A DNA stretch of 64,000 bases from Salinarimonas sp. (GTDB lineage Bacteria > Pseudomonadota > Alphaproteobacteria > Rhizobiales > Beijerinckiaceae), in contig NZ_CP157794.1 in the NCBI RefSeq assembly GCF_040111675.1, forward strand, positions 4,694,444 to 4,758,443. Direction: 5' to 3'. Positions 1-9,425 of this stretch are shown here, in pieces; the first letter of the stretch is position 1; each line of letters begins with the position of its first letter. The position numbers and the translations under genes are program-made. Below the pieces are notes generated by a model. The model saw only the letters and a program-made list of their open reading frames with translations, ran no database searches and was not told the DNA's origin.

Positions 1-373
1 TCTCGCAGCGGCGGATCTCGTTGAAGTCCGTCGCCGGACCGTCGATCACCGCGCCGACGACACCCGCGAGCTTCGCCGCGTTGGTAACGACGCCGCCCCA
101 GCAGGCGTGCCTCGCGTCGCCGGCGCGATCGATGACGAGGAAGTCGCCCGGGCGCACCAGCGCCAGCGCATGGTGCAGCAGCGTCGAATCCGCTCCGGGG
201 ATGCGCAGCGTCACCGCGGTGCCGGCGACGCGCGTCTCCGGCAGCACGCCGCGCAGCGCCGAGTCCGCGAACTGGCTGTGCAGGAAATGCCCGACGGTCG
301 CGGTCTCCACCTGCTCGAGCAGGCGCACGAGACGGGGCTCGATCTGGCGGGGAAGGTCTCTGATCTCGAACAC
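1..373 (-). CDS. RraA-family protein (4-hydroxy-4-methyl-2-oxoglutarate aldolase / regulator of RNase E-like). Only the N-terminal part is in the window; the C-terminus runs off the window start.
   Basis: Not in the ORF track because it is truncated. The minus-strand frame from GTG at 371-373 reads VFEIRDLPRQIEPRLVRLLEQVETATVGHFLH...GDFLVIDRAGDARHACWGGVVTNAAKLAGVVGAVIDGPATD, which fits the RraA-family pattern. The start lies 11 nt downstream of the preceding stop. Confidence 0.55.
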   Translation of the reverse strand, partial: MFEIRDLPRQIEPRLVRLLEQVETATVGHFLHSQFADSALRGVLPETRVAGTAVTLRIPGADSTLLHHALALVRPGDFLVIDRAGDARHACWGGVVTNAAKLAGVVGAVIDGPATDFNEIRRCE

Positions 374-383
374 GTGCAGCGCC

Positions 384-1184
384 TCACAGAACGTGGTGAT
401 CGGCGACAGGGACGTTCTGGCGAACGCGGGCCTGGTATTCGGCATCGACGCGCGCGACGGCGTGGCCCGGATGGTCGCCGACCTGGGCGACGACGTGGCC
501 CCAGGGATCGATGATCATGCTGTGGCCGTAGCAGGCCTTGCGGCCGCCGGCATGCGTCCCGATCTGGCCGCTGGCGAGAACGTGCGTCTGCGTCTCGATG
601 GCGCGCGCCCGCAGCAGGACCTCCCAATGGTCCTTGCCGGTCATCAGCGTGAAGGCCGCCGGCAGCACGATGAGGTCGGCGCCGCGATCGCGCAGGGCGC
701 GGAACAGCTCCGGGAAGCGCAGGTCGTAGCAGATCGAGCAGCCGATCGTATAGCCGCCGCAGGAATAGGTGACGATGTCGCGGCCGCGCGAGATCGTCTC
801 GCTCTCGCGATGGCTGACGCCGCCGGGCACGTCGACGTCGAAGAGGTGGATCTTGCGGTAGCGCGCGATCTCGCGGCCCTGGGGGTCGAAGACGAGGCTG
901 GTGTTGTAGTAGGCGTCGCCGTCCTTCTCCACGATGCTGCCGCCGTGCACGGTGATCCCGTGGGTGCGGGCGAGCTCGGCCATGGTGGAATAGGCCTCGC
1001 CGTCCGGAAAGCGCTCGGCGCTGGCGTGGAACTCGGCCGGGCCGTCCCCGAGGCAGGCCCAGTATTCGGGCAGCACCACGAGATCCGGCTTGTCTTGAGC
1101 CGCCTGGTCGACGTGCCGTCGAGCCGCGTCGAGGTTCGCGGCTTTGTCTCCTCGAGAATTCATCTGAACGACGGCGACTCTCAT
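384..1184 (-). CDS. carbon-nitrogen hydrolase (nitrilase superfamily, omega-amidase/Nit-like)
   Basis: ORF 384-1244. I prefer the internal ATG at 1184 (MRVAVVQMNS...) because GGGGAGA precedes it. Family pattern is present: VVLPEY, RKIHLFD, CYDLRFPE (catalytic Cys context), VLPAAF. Confidence 0.85.
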   Translation of the reverse strand: MRVAVVQMNSRGDKAANLDAARRHVDQAAQDKPDLVVLPEYWACLGDGPAEFHASAERFPDGEAYSTMAELARTHGITVHGGSIVEKDGDAYYNTSLVFDPQGREIARYRKIHLFDVDVPGGVSHRESETISRGRDIVTYSCGGYTIGCSICYDLRFPELFRALRDRGADLIVLPAAFTLMTGKDHWEVLLRARAIETQTHVLASGQIGTHAGGRKACYGHSMIIDPWGHVVAQVGDHPGHAVARVDAEYQARVRQNVPVADHHVL

Positions 1185-1291
1185 GGACGATCTCCCCTGG
1201 GATTGGTTGCGAACATCTTCGCGAGGGGTCGTCCGAGCTGTCAAAAGACAAATTTCTGTCGCCGCGATCGCGTTTGCTTATGCAACCATGC

Positions 1292-2203
1292 TCACCAGGC
1301 GAGAGACGGTTCCTGGGCCGCGCAGAACTCCCGCGCCACTTCCCGGGCGAGGTCGGCGAGGGCGGCAGGCAGGTGTGAGGCGGGGCCGTCCCTGTAGGTC
1401 GCCTGGAAGCCGAGCGGCGGGAAGGGCTGGCGCACATCGAGCCGCACCAGCTCTCCGCGCTCGAGCTCCCGGCGCACCACCGTCGGCGGAATCGCCGCGA
1501 CCCCGATCCCGTCGGCGGTCATTCGAATGATCGTTGCGAGCGAGTTCGTCGAGTAGAAGGTCGTCTCGCCTTCCGGAAAGCGGCTGAAGTAGCGCATCAT
1601 CGCCTGGTGCGGCTGCGAGCAGCGCGGGAAGGACACGATCGCATGCCGGACGAGGTCACCGATGTCGAGGCGGCGTCCGTGCAGGCCAAGCGCGGGCGAG
1701 GCCACCCAGGCGGAAGCGTAGGTGCATAGGTCGATGTCGACGATCTCCGGCCCGCCGACCGGCCCCATGATGAGCGCCAGATCGATCTCGCCGGCGACGA
1801 GCATGTCGGCGAGCCTCAGGCTCGTGTCGGCGACGAGCTCGAGGTCGATCCTCGGATGAGTCTCCCGCGAGCGACGGATGAAGTCGATGAGCCAGGTGTG
1901 CGAGATCGTGTCGATGACGCCGATCCGTGCGGTGCCGCGCAGCCCGTCGCCGGCCGCCACATCGCGGTAGAACTCCTTCGAGCAGCGCAGCATGCGCTCG
2001 GCATGCGCGAGCGCCCGCTCGCCCTCCGGCGTGAGCCGGACGTCGCGGGGCTCTCGGATGAAGAGCTTCACCCCGAGATCGCGCTCCAGCGAGGCGATCC
2101 GAGAGGAGACAGCCGCTTGTGTCGCGTGCATGCGCTCCGACGCCAACGTGAAGCTGCGCAGGTGAGCGACCCAGACGAAGGTCTCGAGGAAGGTCAGGTT
2201 CAT
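1292..2203 (-). CDS. LysR-family transcriptional regulator
   Basis: 303-aa ORF with an N-terminal wHTH (MNLTFLETFVWVAHLRSFTLASERMHATQAAVSSRIASLERDLGVKLF) and a LysR substrate-binding domain pattern. Confidence 0.9.
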   Translation of the reverse strand: MNLTFLETFVWVAHLRSFTLASERMHATQAAVSSRIASLERDLGVKLFIREPRDVRLTPEGERALAHAERMLRCSKEFYRDVAAGDGLRGTARIGVIDTISHTWLIDFIRRSRETHPRIDLELVADTSLRLADMLVAGEIDLALIMGPVGGPEIVDIDLCTYASAWVASPALGLHGRRLDIGDLVRHAIVSFPRCSQPHQAMMRYFSRFPEGETTFYSTNSLATIIRMTADGIGVAAIPPTVVRRELERGELVRLDVRQPFPPLGFQATYRDGPASHLPAALADLAREVAREFCAAQEPSLAW

Positions 2204-2839
2204 CGCCGCTCGCCTCCGGCCGACAGTGGAGCACCTCGGCGTCGGCCGCGCAACGTGTCACGGCGCTCTGGCTTCCGGCGCGTCCCCGCGCTCTCAGAAA
2301 ATGTTCGCGCACTCGTACTGGCCGGGCCAGTCCACACCCTCCGCGCCGAGCGCATCAGGCCTGCGCGTCGATTGCGGCCAGTGAACTGATCGTCCGGTCC
2401 CGGATACACGACGCAACGTCCGGAATCGGCCCTGACCGGTCGTCCAGGGAGGCCCCGGTCGGCGCAGGCGGGTCATCGAACCGACCATGTCGGCGCACGT
2501 GGCGATCTCGGCGGTGGCGCCCGTCCAGACCGTCGATCCGCGCCTCGCGCCGGCCGCTACGCTCTTGAGGCGGGCGCGGCGCCGGCAGCCGCGATGTCCC
2601 CCGCCGCGTGCGCCTCCCCGACATGATGATCGATCTCGCGCGCGGCGATAGCCGCATCGATGAGGCGACAGTGGCCGGGCGGGCAGAGGCCGTCCCTGTC
2701 GAGAAACGGGCCCATGCCAGCGACGCCTGCGACATCGCTGCGGCCGGTCGCGGCGAACGGTCCGCGAACCGGAGCCGGTCCCGCTCGTTCGCCTCGAGAC
2801 CCGCCCCGCCGTCCCGCTCGAACCGGAGGTCTCGCGCCC

Positions 2840-4375
2840 GTGATCCCACAGGAAAGGCCCGCAGCCCCCACGCTCACCGCCCTCCTCGCCACCCTGGCGA
2901 CGCTCGCTTTCGCGGGGCCGGCGCAGGCGCACGTGAAGTGGTTCGCTCCCTACATCGTCGATGCGCCGCCCCGGGAGATCGGCGCCACGCTGGGGAACGT
3001 CTGGTTCTGGGCCGGCATCGCGCTCGTCGTCGCGTTCTTCCTCGCGGCCCGCCTCGTCGAGCGCGCCGCCGTCGGCGAGACCGTCCTTTCGGCCATGGAC
3101 CGGGCGAGCGATCCCCTGCACCGCCGGCTCGACGACTTCGTGCGCGTGTGCATCGGCGCCTTCTTCGTCGCGGTCTTCGCGGTGGGCGGCGTCTACCTGA
3201 CGCCCGATCTCCAGACGCCGAACGAATGGGTGTCGTGGACGCAGCTCGCCATCGCCGCCTGCGTCTTCTCGCGCAAGACCATGCCGATCGCGGCGGTGGG
3301 CATCCTCGCGCTCTGGATCGTCGCGCTGACGGACTACGCCTTCTTCCACCTGCTCGACTATCTCGCGCTCGGCCTCGGGGTCGCCGGCTATCTCGTGCTG
3401 GCCTCCTCCTCGAACGAGAGCCTGCGGGAGCGCCGCTTCGAGACGCTGCGCTGGGCGGTGGCGATCGCGCTGATGTGGTCGAGCCTCGAGAAGTTCGCCT
3501 ATCCCGACTGGTTCTACCCCCTCGTCGAGGAGCGCCCCTACCTCACCTTCGGCCTGCCGCGGGACGTCTTCATCCCGATGGCGGGCGTCGCGGAGTTCAC
3601 GCTGGGCTTCGGCCTGATCTGGACGCCGCTCGTGCGGCGGCTCTCGGCGCTGGCGCTCCTCGTGATCTTCACCGCCGCCGTCTATCCGTTCGGGCGCATC
3701 GATCTCGTGGGGCATGCCCTGATCATGGCCGTGCTCGTCGCCATCGCCGCCGACCGGGAGCGCCATCCGCACTTCCTGCCCGCGCTCAAGCGCCGGCTCG
3801 CGGGCGTGCCGACGGGGCTCGCCGCCGCGCTCGTCGTCATGATCGGCGGGTACTGGGGCACCCACTTCGCCATCTACGGCGAGGACTACCGCGCGGCCGC
3901 CGGGCCGGCCTCGGCCGAGCGCATGACGCACGCGCCCAACGCCGAGCATCCGCACGGCGCCGTCGCCCCGCTGGAGCCGCAGCCCCTCGACGCGGACGCG
4001 ACCGGCTCCATCGCGCCCGGCGTCGATCCCGCGAGCGCCCTCTTCGCGGAGGCGAACCGGCGGATGCACGAGGCGATGACGATCGACCCGAGCGGGGACA
4101 TCGCGGTCGATTTCGTCCGCGGCATGATCCCGCATCACGTCGGCGCCGTCGCCATGGCCGAGATCGCGCTCGCCCACGGCGAGGATCCCGAGATCCTGGC
4201 GCTCGCGCGCGAGATCGTGGCGCACCAGGAGGAGGAGATCCGGCTGATGCGGGACTGGCTCGAGCGCCGGGGCGTCGAGGCGGCGGCGATGCCGGGCGAG
4301 CCCGGTCACGACGGGCATGCGCAAGAAGGACATCTGCGCGAGGGCGATGCGCGCGGCGGCCACGCGCACGAGTGA
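2840..4375 (+). CDS. polytopic membrane protein with C-terminal DUF305 (ferritin-like, metal-related) domain
   Basis: Frame of ORF 2660-4375. I prefer GTG 2840 because GGAGG sits at 2825-2829 and a signal-like N-terminus follows (TLTALLATLATLAFAGPAQAHVKWF). Multiple hydrophobic segments follow, and the C-terminus shows the DUF305 pattern (MIPHHVGAVAMAEIALAHGEDPEILALAREIVAHQEEEIRLMRDWL). Confidence 0.75.
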   Translation: MIPQERPAAPTLTALLATLATLAFAGPAQAHVKWFAPYIVDAPPREIGATLGNVWFWAGIALVVAFFLAARLVERAAVGETVLSAMDRASDPLHRRLDDFVRVCIGAFFVAVFAVGGVYLTPDLQTPNEWVSWTQLAIAACVFSRKTMPIAAVGILALWIVALTDYAFFHLLDYLALGLGVAGYLVLASSSNESLRERRFETLRWAVAIALMWSSLEKFAYPDWFYPLVEERPYLTFGLPRDVFIPMAGVAEFTLGFGLIWTPLVRRLSALALLVIFTAAVYPFGRIDLVGHALIMAVLVAIAADRERHPHFLPALKRRLAGVPTGLAAALVVMIGGYWGTHFAIYGEDYRAAAGPASAERMTHAPNAEHPHGAVAPLEPQPLDADATGSIAPGVDPASALFAEANRRMHEAMTIDPSGDIAVDFVRGMIPHHVGAVAMAEIALAHGEDPEILALAREIVAHQEEEIRLMRDWLERRGVEAAAMPGEPGHDGHAQEGHLREGDARGGHAHE

Positions 4376-4481
4376 GGCCACCCACGCCGCACCGGCCGAG
4401 CCGTCGGCCCGGGCGGGCCGGGTGTGAACTCACGGCTCCGGCGATGGTTGTTCAGCAGAATCGACCAGCAGGAGCTTCGCC

Positions 4482-4985
4482 ATGTCGAGGATGTTCGGGA
4501 GTCGCCTGGCGCGATCCGTCTGCGCGTGCGCCCTCGCGCTCGCCGTCCCGCTCGCCGCGGGTGCTCAGGTCCCGCTCTCCGCGGGCGCTCAGGACCCCTT
4601 CGAGGAGGGGCCCGACATGGACGCGGTGAGGTCGGAATACGAGGCGGCCTTCAACGCCGGCGAAGCCGGGCGGCTCGCTGGGCTCTATGCCGAGAACGCG
4701 ATCGTCCTGCCGCCGGACTACGCCGTCGTCGAGACTCGCGAAGGCGTCGAGAGCTACCTCGCGGAACTGCTGGACCAGCGCCGAGCGACCGACCTGGCCA
4801 TCACGAGCATCGAGGATCGGCAGATCGACGGAGCCTATCTCGACGTGGGAACCTACGAGATGACGGTCGCCGGGCCGAGCGGCCAGGACGTACGGGTCGG
4901 CGGCGACTATGCCTCCCTCGTCGAGCAGGTCGAGGGAGAGTGGTTCATCACCCGCCACGTCATGAACCTGGACATGCCGCGCTGA
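4482..4985 (+). CDS. secreted SnoaL-like / DUF4440 (NTF2-fold) protein
   Basis: 167-aa ORF with a signal peptide (CACALALAVPLAAGAQ) and an NTF2-like pattern (AAFNAGEAGRLAGLYAENAIVLPP...GEWFITRHVMN). Confidence 0.7.
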   Translation: MSRMFGSRLARSVCACALALAVPLAAGAQVPLSAGAQDPFEEGPDMDAVRSEYEAAFNAGEAGRLAGLYAENAIVLPPDYAVVETREGVESYLAELLDQRRATDLAITSIEDRQIDGAYLDVGTYEMTVAGPSGQDVRVGGDYASLVEQVEGEWFITRHVMNLDMPR

Positions 4986-5215
4986 ACACCAATGGTGGCG
5001 CGCATCGGCCGGCGCCGTCGGGCGGAGATGTTTCTCTCGGGGCCGAGCGCCCCCGTCGAGCCGATCGCGCTGATCTTTCTGTGAGGCGTCGGCATCGAAG
5101 GACGAAGCCCGGTCGCGACCGCTCCGCGCCACGAACGGATCGCACCCGCCCCTTTTCTCCCGGCGCGCGCCGTCTATGTCGTCACGAGGACGCCCGCACC
5201 GCCGAGGAGCCGCCC

Positions 5216-6073
5216 GTGACGAGGACGATCGCCGCCACCCTGCTCGCCGCCGCCCTCGTGCTCGCAGACCCGACAGCGCGGGCGCAGGATCGGGACCCGG
5301 ACGTCGCGTTCGTCGACCTCGAGCTCGTCTTCGCCGCCGATGGATCGGGCTCGATCGACGACGACGAGCTTTACTTCCAACGGCGGAGCTGGGGGGAGGC
5401 GCTCGCGAGCGAGGACGTGCTCTCGGCCATCGCGCAGGGCATGCTCGGCTCCATCGCGGTCGCCTACGTGGAATGGGGCGGGCCGAGCTCACAGGTGCTC
5501 GTCGTCGACTGGCGGGTCATCGACGGGCCAGAGAGCGCGCGCGCCTTCGCCGACGAGCTGATGGCCGCGCCGCGCGGCGCCTTCGGCTGGAACTCGATCT
5601 CCAACGCCATCGACTTCTCGGTGCGGCTCGTCGAGGAGAACGCCATCGAGGGCACGCGGCGCATCATCGACGTGACCGCGGACAGCGGAAACCGCGGCGG
5701 GCGTCCGCTCGCCGCAGCGCGCGCCGACGCGCTCGCCGCGGGCTTCACCATCAACGGGCTCGCCATATCCCGGCCCGGCGGGCGCCCGGGCCTCGCCGGC
5801 GGCATGACGCTGGAGGACTACTTCGCGCGCGAGCTGATCGGCGGGCCGGGCGCTTTCGTCGAGATCGCCGACGCGCGCCGGCCCTTCGAGGTCGCCGCGC
5901 GCCGCAAGCTCCTCACCGAGATCGCCGGTGCATCCGATGCCCCGCGCAGGTTCGCCGAGACGCACCGGCGCTATTCCGGACGATCCGAACCCTCAACGAT
6001 GTCCGAAGATCGCCGAACTGCTCCGGCTTGGCCGGAGGCTCCACCCTCCGAGCCGGTGGAGCGGCCATGGTAG
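5216..6073 (+). CDS. DUF1194 (vWA-like) secreted protein
   Basis: C-terminal part of ORF 4424-6073. Start is GTG 5216 after GAGGAG (5204-5209), followed by a signal peptide. The pattern DLELVFAADGSGSIDDDE...VAYVEWGG...INGLAI is typical of DUF1194. Confidence 0.7.
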   Translation: MTRTIAATLLAAALVLADPTARAQDRDPDVAFVDLELVFAADGSGSIDDDELYFQRRSWGEALASEDVLSAIAQGMLGSIAVAYVEWGGPSSQVLVVDWRVIDGPESARAFADELMAAPRGAFGWNSISNAIDFSVRLVEENAIEGTRRIIDVTADSGNRGGRPLAAARADALAAGFTINGLAISRPGGRPGLAGGMTLEDYFARELIGGPGAFVEIADARRPFEVAARRKLLTEIAGASDAPRRFAETHRRYSGRSEPSTMSEDRRTAPAWPEAPPSEPVERPW

Positions 6074-6182
6074 GCGCTCCTCGCGCATCTTGCCGCGGGT
6101 CTCAGGCTGGAACTCGTCCAAACTGCATCCGTTGCCGCAAGGTGTTCCACTTCGGAGCACCGACGCACAGACGGAGCCCTCC

Positions 6183-6395
6183 ATGACGACCTGCGCTTGC
6201 GGCAACTGCCAATTCTTCGACGACAAGGCCCCCTCCGCGCCCGCCAAGAACGATGCCGGCCTGTGCCGCTTCAACCCGCCGATCTCCCAGCCGGCCCGCG
6301 ACGATCGCGGCCTGTGGCCGGTGGTCGAGAAGGAGGACTGGTGCGGCCACTTCGCCGCGACGGTCGAGCGCTTCATGACGCCGCCCGCCGAGTGA
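6183..6395 (+). CDS. small Cys-containing hypothetical protein (70 aa)
   Basis: ATG 6183, within ORF 5928-6395. Sequence: MTTCACGNCQFFDD...GLCRFNPP...WPVVEKEDWCGHF. The composition is protein-like, but I recognise no family. Confidence 0.5.
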   Translation: MTTCACGNCQFFDDKAPSAPAKNDAGLCRFNPPISQPARDDRGLWPVVEKEDWCGHFAATVERFMTPPAE

Positions 6396-6418
6396 TCCGC
6401 ATTCCGAGACGAAGAGCC

Positions 6419-6449
6419 GCGCACCGGACGCAGCCGCCGCCCGGTGCGC
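6419..6449. terminator. GC hairpin between convergent genes (possible bidirectional terminator)
   Basis: GCGCACCGG (6419-6427) pairs with CCGGTGCGC (6441-6449), giving a 9-bp perfect stem and a 13-nt loop. There is no U-tract. Confidence 0.35.
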
Positions 6450-6486
6450 ACCCACGCCTGACGCTTGTCCGAGACGACGGCGAGAC

Positions 6487-7011
6487 CTACTCGGCCGAAA
6501 GCCTCTCGCGCAGCGCCTCGAAGGCGGCGAGCTGGGCCGGATCGAGCGTACGGTCCGGCCCGCGCCGGACGAAGGCCTTGAACATCGACCCGCCCGCCTC
6601 GTCGAAGAACTGCACCGAGCAGGAGCGGCGGCCGTGGAAGGGGCGGTCGACGAGGTAGATCGCCCGGCACAGATCGGCCCGGATGTGCCCGCCGATCGGG
6701 CTGTCGCCGTGGACGTTGAACCAGCCGCGCGCGACCGTGCCGGGCGCAAGGCGCCCGACGACCTCGAGCACGACGGTCCGAGCGTGCATGAGGAACAGCA
6801 CCTCGCCCCACGTCCCGAGGCTCGCCCAGATCTCGGCGAATCGCTCGCCCGGAACGAAGACGCGCTCGGGTTCCGGCAACGCCTCGACGACCGTCTGCAG
6901 CGGCGCGCCGTGGGCCTCGGCGACGCGCTCCAGAACGCCGTCGGGCCGCTCGGCGAGCGTCTCGCGGATCGCCTCGAGCAGCGTCGCGCGCCGGGTCTCG
7001 TCCGCGCTCAT
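6487..7011 (-). CDS. hutX: heme utilization cytosolic carrier protein HutX/ChuX
   Basis: C-terminal 174 aa of ORF 6487-8559, starting at ATG 7009-7011 (MSADETRR...). ChuX/HutX pattern is present: WGEVLFLMH...GWFNVHG...GGHIRADLCRAIYLVDRPFHGRRSCSVQFFDEAGGSMFKAFV. An ATGA overlap links it to the upstream gene. Confidence 0.85.
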   Translation of the reverse strand: MSADETRRATLLEAIRETLAERPDGVLERVAEAHGAPLQTVVEALPEPERVFVPGERFAEIWASLGTWGEVLFLMHARTVVLEVVGRLAPGTVARGWFNVHGDSPIGGHIRADLCRAIYLVDRPFHGRRSCSVQFFDEAGGSMFKAFVRRGPDRTLDPAQLAAFEALRERLSAE

Positions 7012-7361
7012 CAGCCCGCCGGCTCCTCGGCCGCGGCGGTCACGCCCGGCGCCGTCTCGCCCAGCACGCTCTGGAAGCCCTCGAACTCGGGATGCCCGAG
7101 ATAGAGGCCCTTGTTCTGGCCGGCGTTGCGGTGCGAATCGCGGAACTGCTCGGAGCGGGTCCAGGCCTCGAAGCTGGCGCGGTCGGTCCAGACCGTGTGC
7201 GAGGCGTAGAGCGTGTGATCCTCGCGCTCCGGCCCGCGCAGCAGGTCGAAGGCGACGAAGCCCGCCATCTCGTCGAGCCGGGTCTTGCGGCTCGACCAGA
7301 CGGCCTCGAAATCCGTCTCGCGTCCCTTGGCGACCCTGAAGCGGTTCATGGCGATGAACAT
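7011..7361 (-). CDS. ABM-domain monooxygenase (IsdG/HmuQ-like putative heme-degrading enzyme)
   Basis: 116-aa ORF (MFIAMNRFRVAKGRETDFEAVW...SHTVWTDRASFEAWTRSEQFR). It lies between hmuR and hutX on the same strand. Confidence 0.75.
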   Translation of the reverse strand: MFIAMNRFRVAKGRETDFEAVWSSRKTRLDEMAGFVAFDLLRGPEREDHTLYASHTVWTDRASFEAWTRSEQFRDSHRNAGQNKGLYLGHPEFEGFQSVLGETAPGVTAAAEEPAG

Positions 7362-7388
7362 GGATGTCTCTCCTGTCTCGGGTGGCGC

Positions 7389-9425
7389 TCAATGCCCGAG
7401 CCGCGCCTGGAAGCCGAGCTTGGCGACGAAGCCGGGGCTGTCCGCGCCGTCGCGGAAGCGCCGGTAGCGGACGTCCCCGACATTCTCGAGCCGCACGTAG
7501 GCGCGCGCGTCGGGCGTGATGTCGTACGAGCCGTAGAGATCGACGAGCGTGTACGCCTCGCTCGCCAGGCTCGCCTCCGAGGCCGGCAGGCGATCCTGCT
7601 CGGCGACGAAGGTGACGCGCCCGCCGAGGGTGAGCTTCTCGTCGAGGAAACGCAACCCGCCGCCGAGCGACAACGTGTCCGGGTAGATCGAGGCGAGCGG
7701 CTCGTTCGTGACGCGATTGTCGCCACGGGTGATGCCGCCGGAGACGCTGGCGAACCAGGCCCGCGCGTCGTAGGCGAGGTCGAGCTCGGCGCCGGTGAGC
7801 CGGGCGCGGGAGACGTTGACGTACTGGAACGTGGCGTCGGCGCAGCCGAGGAAGGGCGGCCGGAAGCAGGGCAGGCCCGGATCGTTGCTGACGGACTCGA
7901 TGTAGTCGTCGACGTCGTTGCGGAAGACCGAGATCTTGCCCCGCAGCCGATCCCCGTCGAGGAAGAGGTCGTCGAAGGAGAGGTTGAGCCCGGCTTCCAG
8001 CGTCTTGCCGATCTCCGGGCGCAGGTTCGGGTTCGGCAGGAAGGAGAACGCCGCCGGCGGCGGATGCACGCCCGCCACCAGCGTCTCCGTCACCGACGGC
8101 GCGCGGTACCCCTCGGCATAGGTGCCGTAGAGCTGCAGCCCCTCGATCGGCCGGAAGCCGATCGTCACTTTCGGGGAGACGCGCTGCCCGTCGGAGGAGA
8201 CGCCGCCGCCGGACAGCTCGTAGGCGTCGAAGCGCACCGCGCCGATCAGGTCGAACCGCCCCCAGGTCGCCCGGCTCTGCAGGAAGCCGCCCCAGACCGT
8301 CCGCTCGCCCTTCGGCGTGAACAGGTCGGCGGAGCCGAACGGGTCGAAGGTCGTCACCTCGTCGCGGAACGCGTCCCAGCCGTAGGTCAGCGCGAAGGCG
8401 ACCGGGCCGGCGTCGAAGCGGGAGGTGTTGTGGACATCCGCGCCGATCGTGTGGATCTCGAAGGAGCGGGGCCGCCCGATCTGGGCCGGCGTGCCGCTGA
8501 GCTGGCGCTGGTCGGTCTCGGTGCGGGTGGAATAGGCGGAGACGTTCAGGTCGATCCACGGATTGCCCGGATCGGCCCAGCCCCAGCGCGCGACGTAGGT
8601 TTCCGTCACCACCTCGTTGTCGCGGCGCGGCTCGCGCGCGGTGCCGAGCCCGTTGGCGAAGTCGAAGCGCTGGAGCTGCGCGGAAAGCTCGATCTCGTGG
8701 AACGGCGCGGGGGTGAGCACCACCTTGCCGAGGCCGGTGACGATCTCCTGCCCGCTGTCGGCGACGACGACGCCGTCGCCGTTCTCGTAGGCGTCGAGCT
8801 TGCGCAGCGAGATGCCGGCTAAGGCGGCGAAGGCTTCCGTCGGGCGCATGGCCGCGACGCCCGAGCCGAGGAGCCCCTCCTGGCGCCCGAGCACGCCCGT
8901 CCCGTCGAGGACCACCGCCATGCGCTCGCCGGGCGCGAGGACGTCGTCGGGGTCGAGGGTCTCGAAGGAGACGACGCCGCCGATCGCGCCCGAACCGTAG
9001 ACGTTGGCCACCGGCCCGCGGGTGACGTCGATGAGGCCGACGAAGGCCGGATCGAGGAAGAAGGCGCCGTCTGCGTTGTGGCCCGAGCGCTGGAAGTTCT
9101 GCCGCGCGCCGTCGATCGTGACCGCGACGCGCCCGAAATCCTGCAGGCCGCGAATATTGATCGCGGTCGCGGGATCGTTCGCGTTCTCCTGCGTCGCCAC
9201 GTTCGGCAGCGCGTTCAGCACCGTGCCGATGCGCTGCGCCGCCTGGCGCTCGATCTCCTCGCGGGTGACCACGCTCGTTCCCGCCAGCGCGTCCACCGCG
9301 CGGGTCTCGTCCTTCGTCGCCGTCACCGTGATCGCGTCGAGCTGGATGCTCTCCTGCGCCGCGCCTGCGCTCGCGCCCAGCGCCAGCGCGCCGAGCGATA
9401 CCGCCCCCAGAAACATCTTACGCAT
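7389..9425 (-). CDS. hmuR: TonB-dependent heme/hemoglobin outer-membrane receptor
   Basis: 678-aa ORF with a signal peptide, plug domain (DAITVTATK...NIRGLQDFGRVAVTIDGARQNF), beta-barrel pattern and C-terminal aromatic end. The neighbours are heme genes. Confidence 0.9.
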   Translation of the reverse strand: MRKMFLGAVSLGALALGASAGAAQESIQLDAITVTATKDETRAVDALAGTSVVTREEIERQAAQRIGTVLNALPNVATQENANDPATAINIRGLQDFGRVAVTIDGARQNFQRSGHNADGAFFLDPAFVGLIDVTRGPVANVYGSGAIGGVVSFETLDPDDVLAPGERMAVVLDGTGVLGRQEGLLGSGVAAMRPTEAFAALAGISLRKLDAYENGDGVVVADSGQEIVTGLGKVVLTPAPFHEIELSAQLQRFDFANGLGTAREPRRDNEVVTETYVARWGWADPGNPWIDLNVSAYSTRTETDQRQLSGTPAQIGRPRSFEIHTIGADVHNTSRFDAGPVAFALTYGWDAFRDEVTTFDPFGSADLFTPKGERTVWGGFLQSRATWGRFDLIGAVRFDAYELSGGGVSSDGQRVSPKVTIGFRPIEGLQLYGTYAEGYRAPSVTETLVAGVHPPPAAFSFLPNPNLRPEIGKTLEAGLNLSFDDLFLDGDRLRGKISVFRNDVDDYIESVSNDPGLPCFRPPFLGCADATFQYVNVSRARLTGAELDLAYDARAWFASVSGGITRGDNRVTNEPLASIYPDTLSLGGGLRFLDEKLTLGGRVTFVAEQDRLPASEASLASEAYTLVDLYGSYDITPDARAYVRLENVGDVRYRRFRDGADSPGFVAKLGFQARLGH

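Noticed and set aside
2294-4381. 695-aa minus-strand ORF covering the whole DUF305-fusion gene
   Set aside because: It is extremely Arg/Asp/Gly/His-rich with no recognisable domain, and it is antisense to a gene with clear TM and DUF305 patterns. This is a typical shadow ORF of GC-rich DNA.
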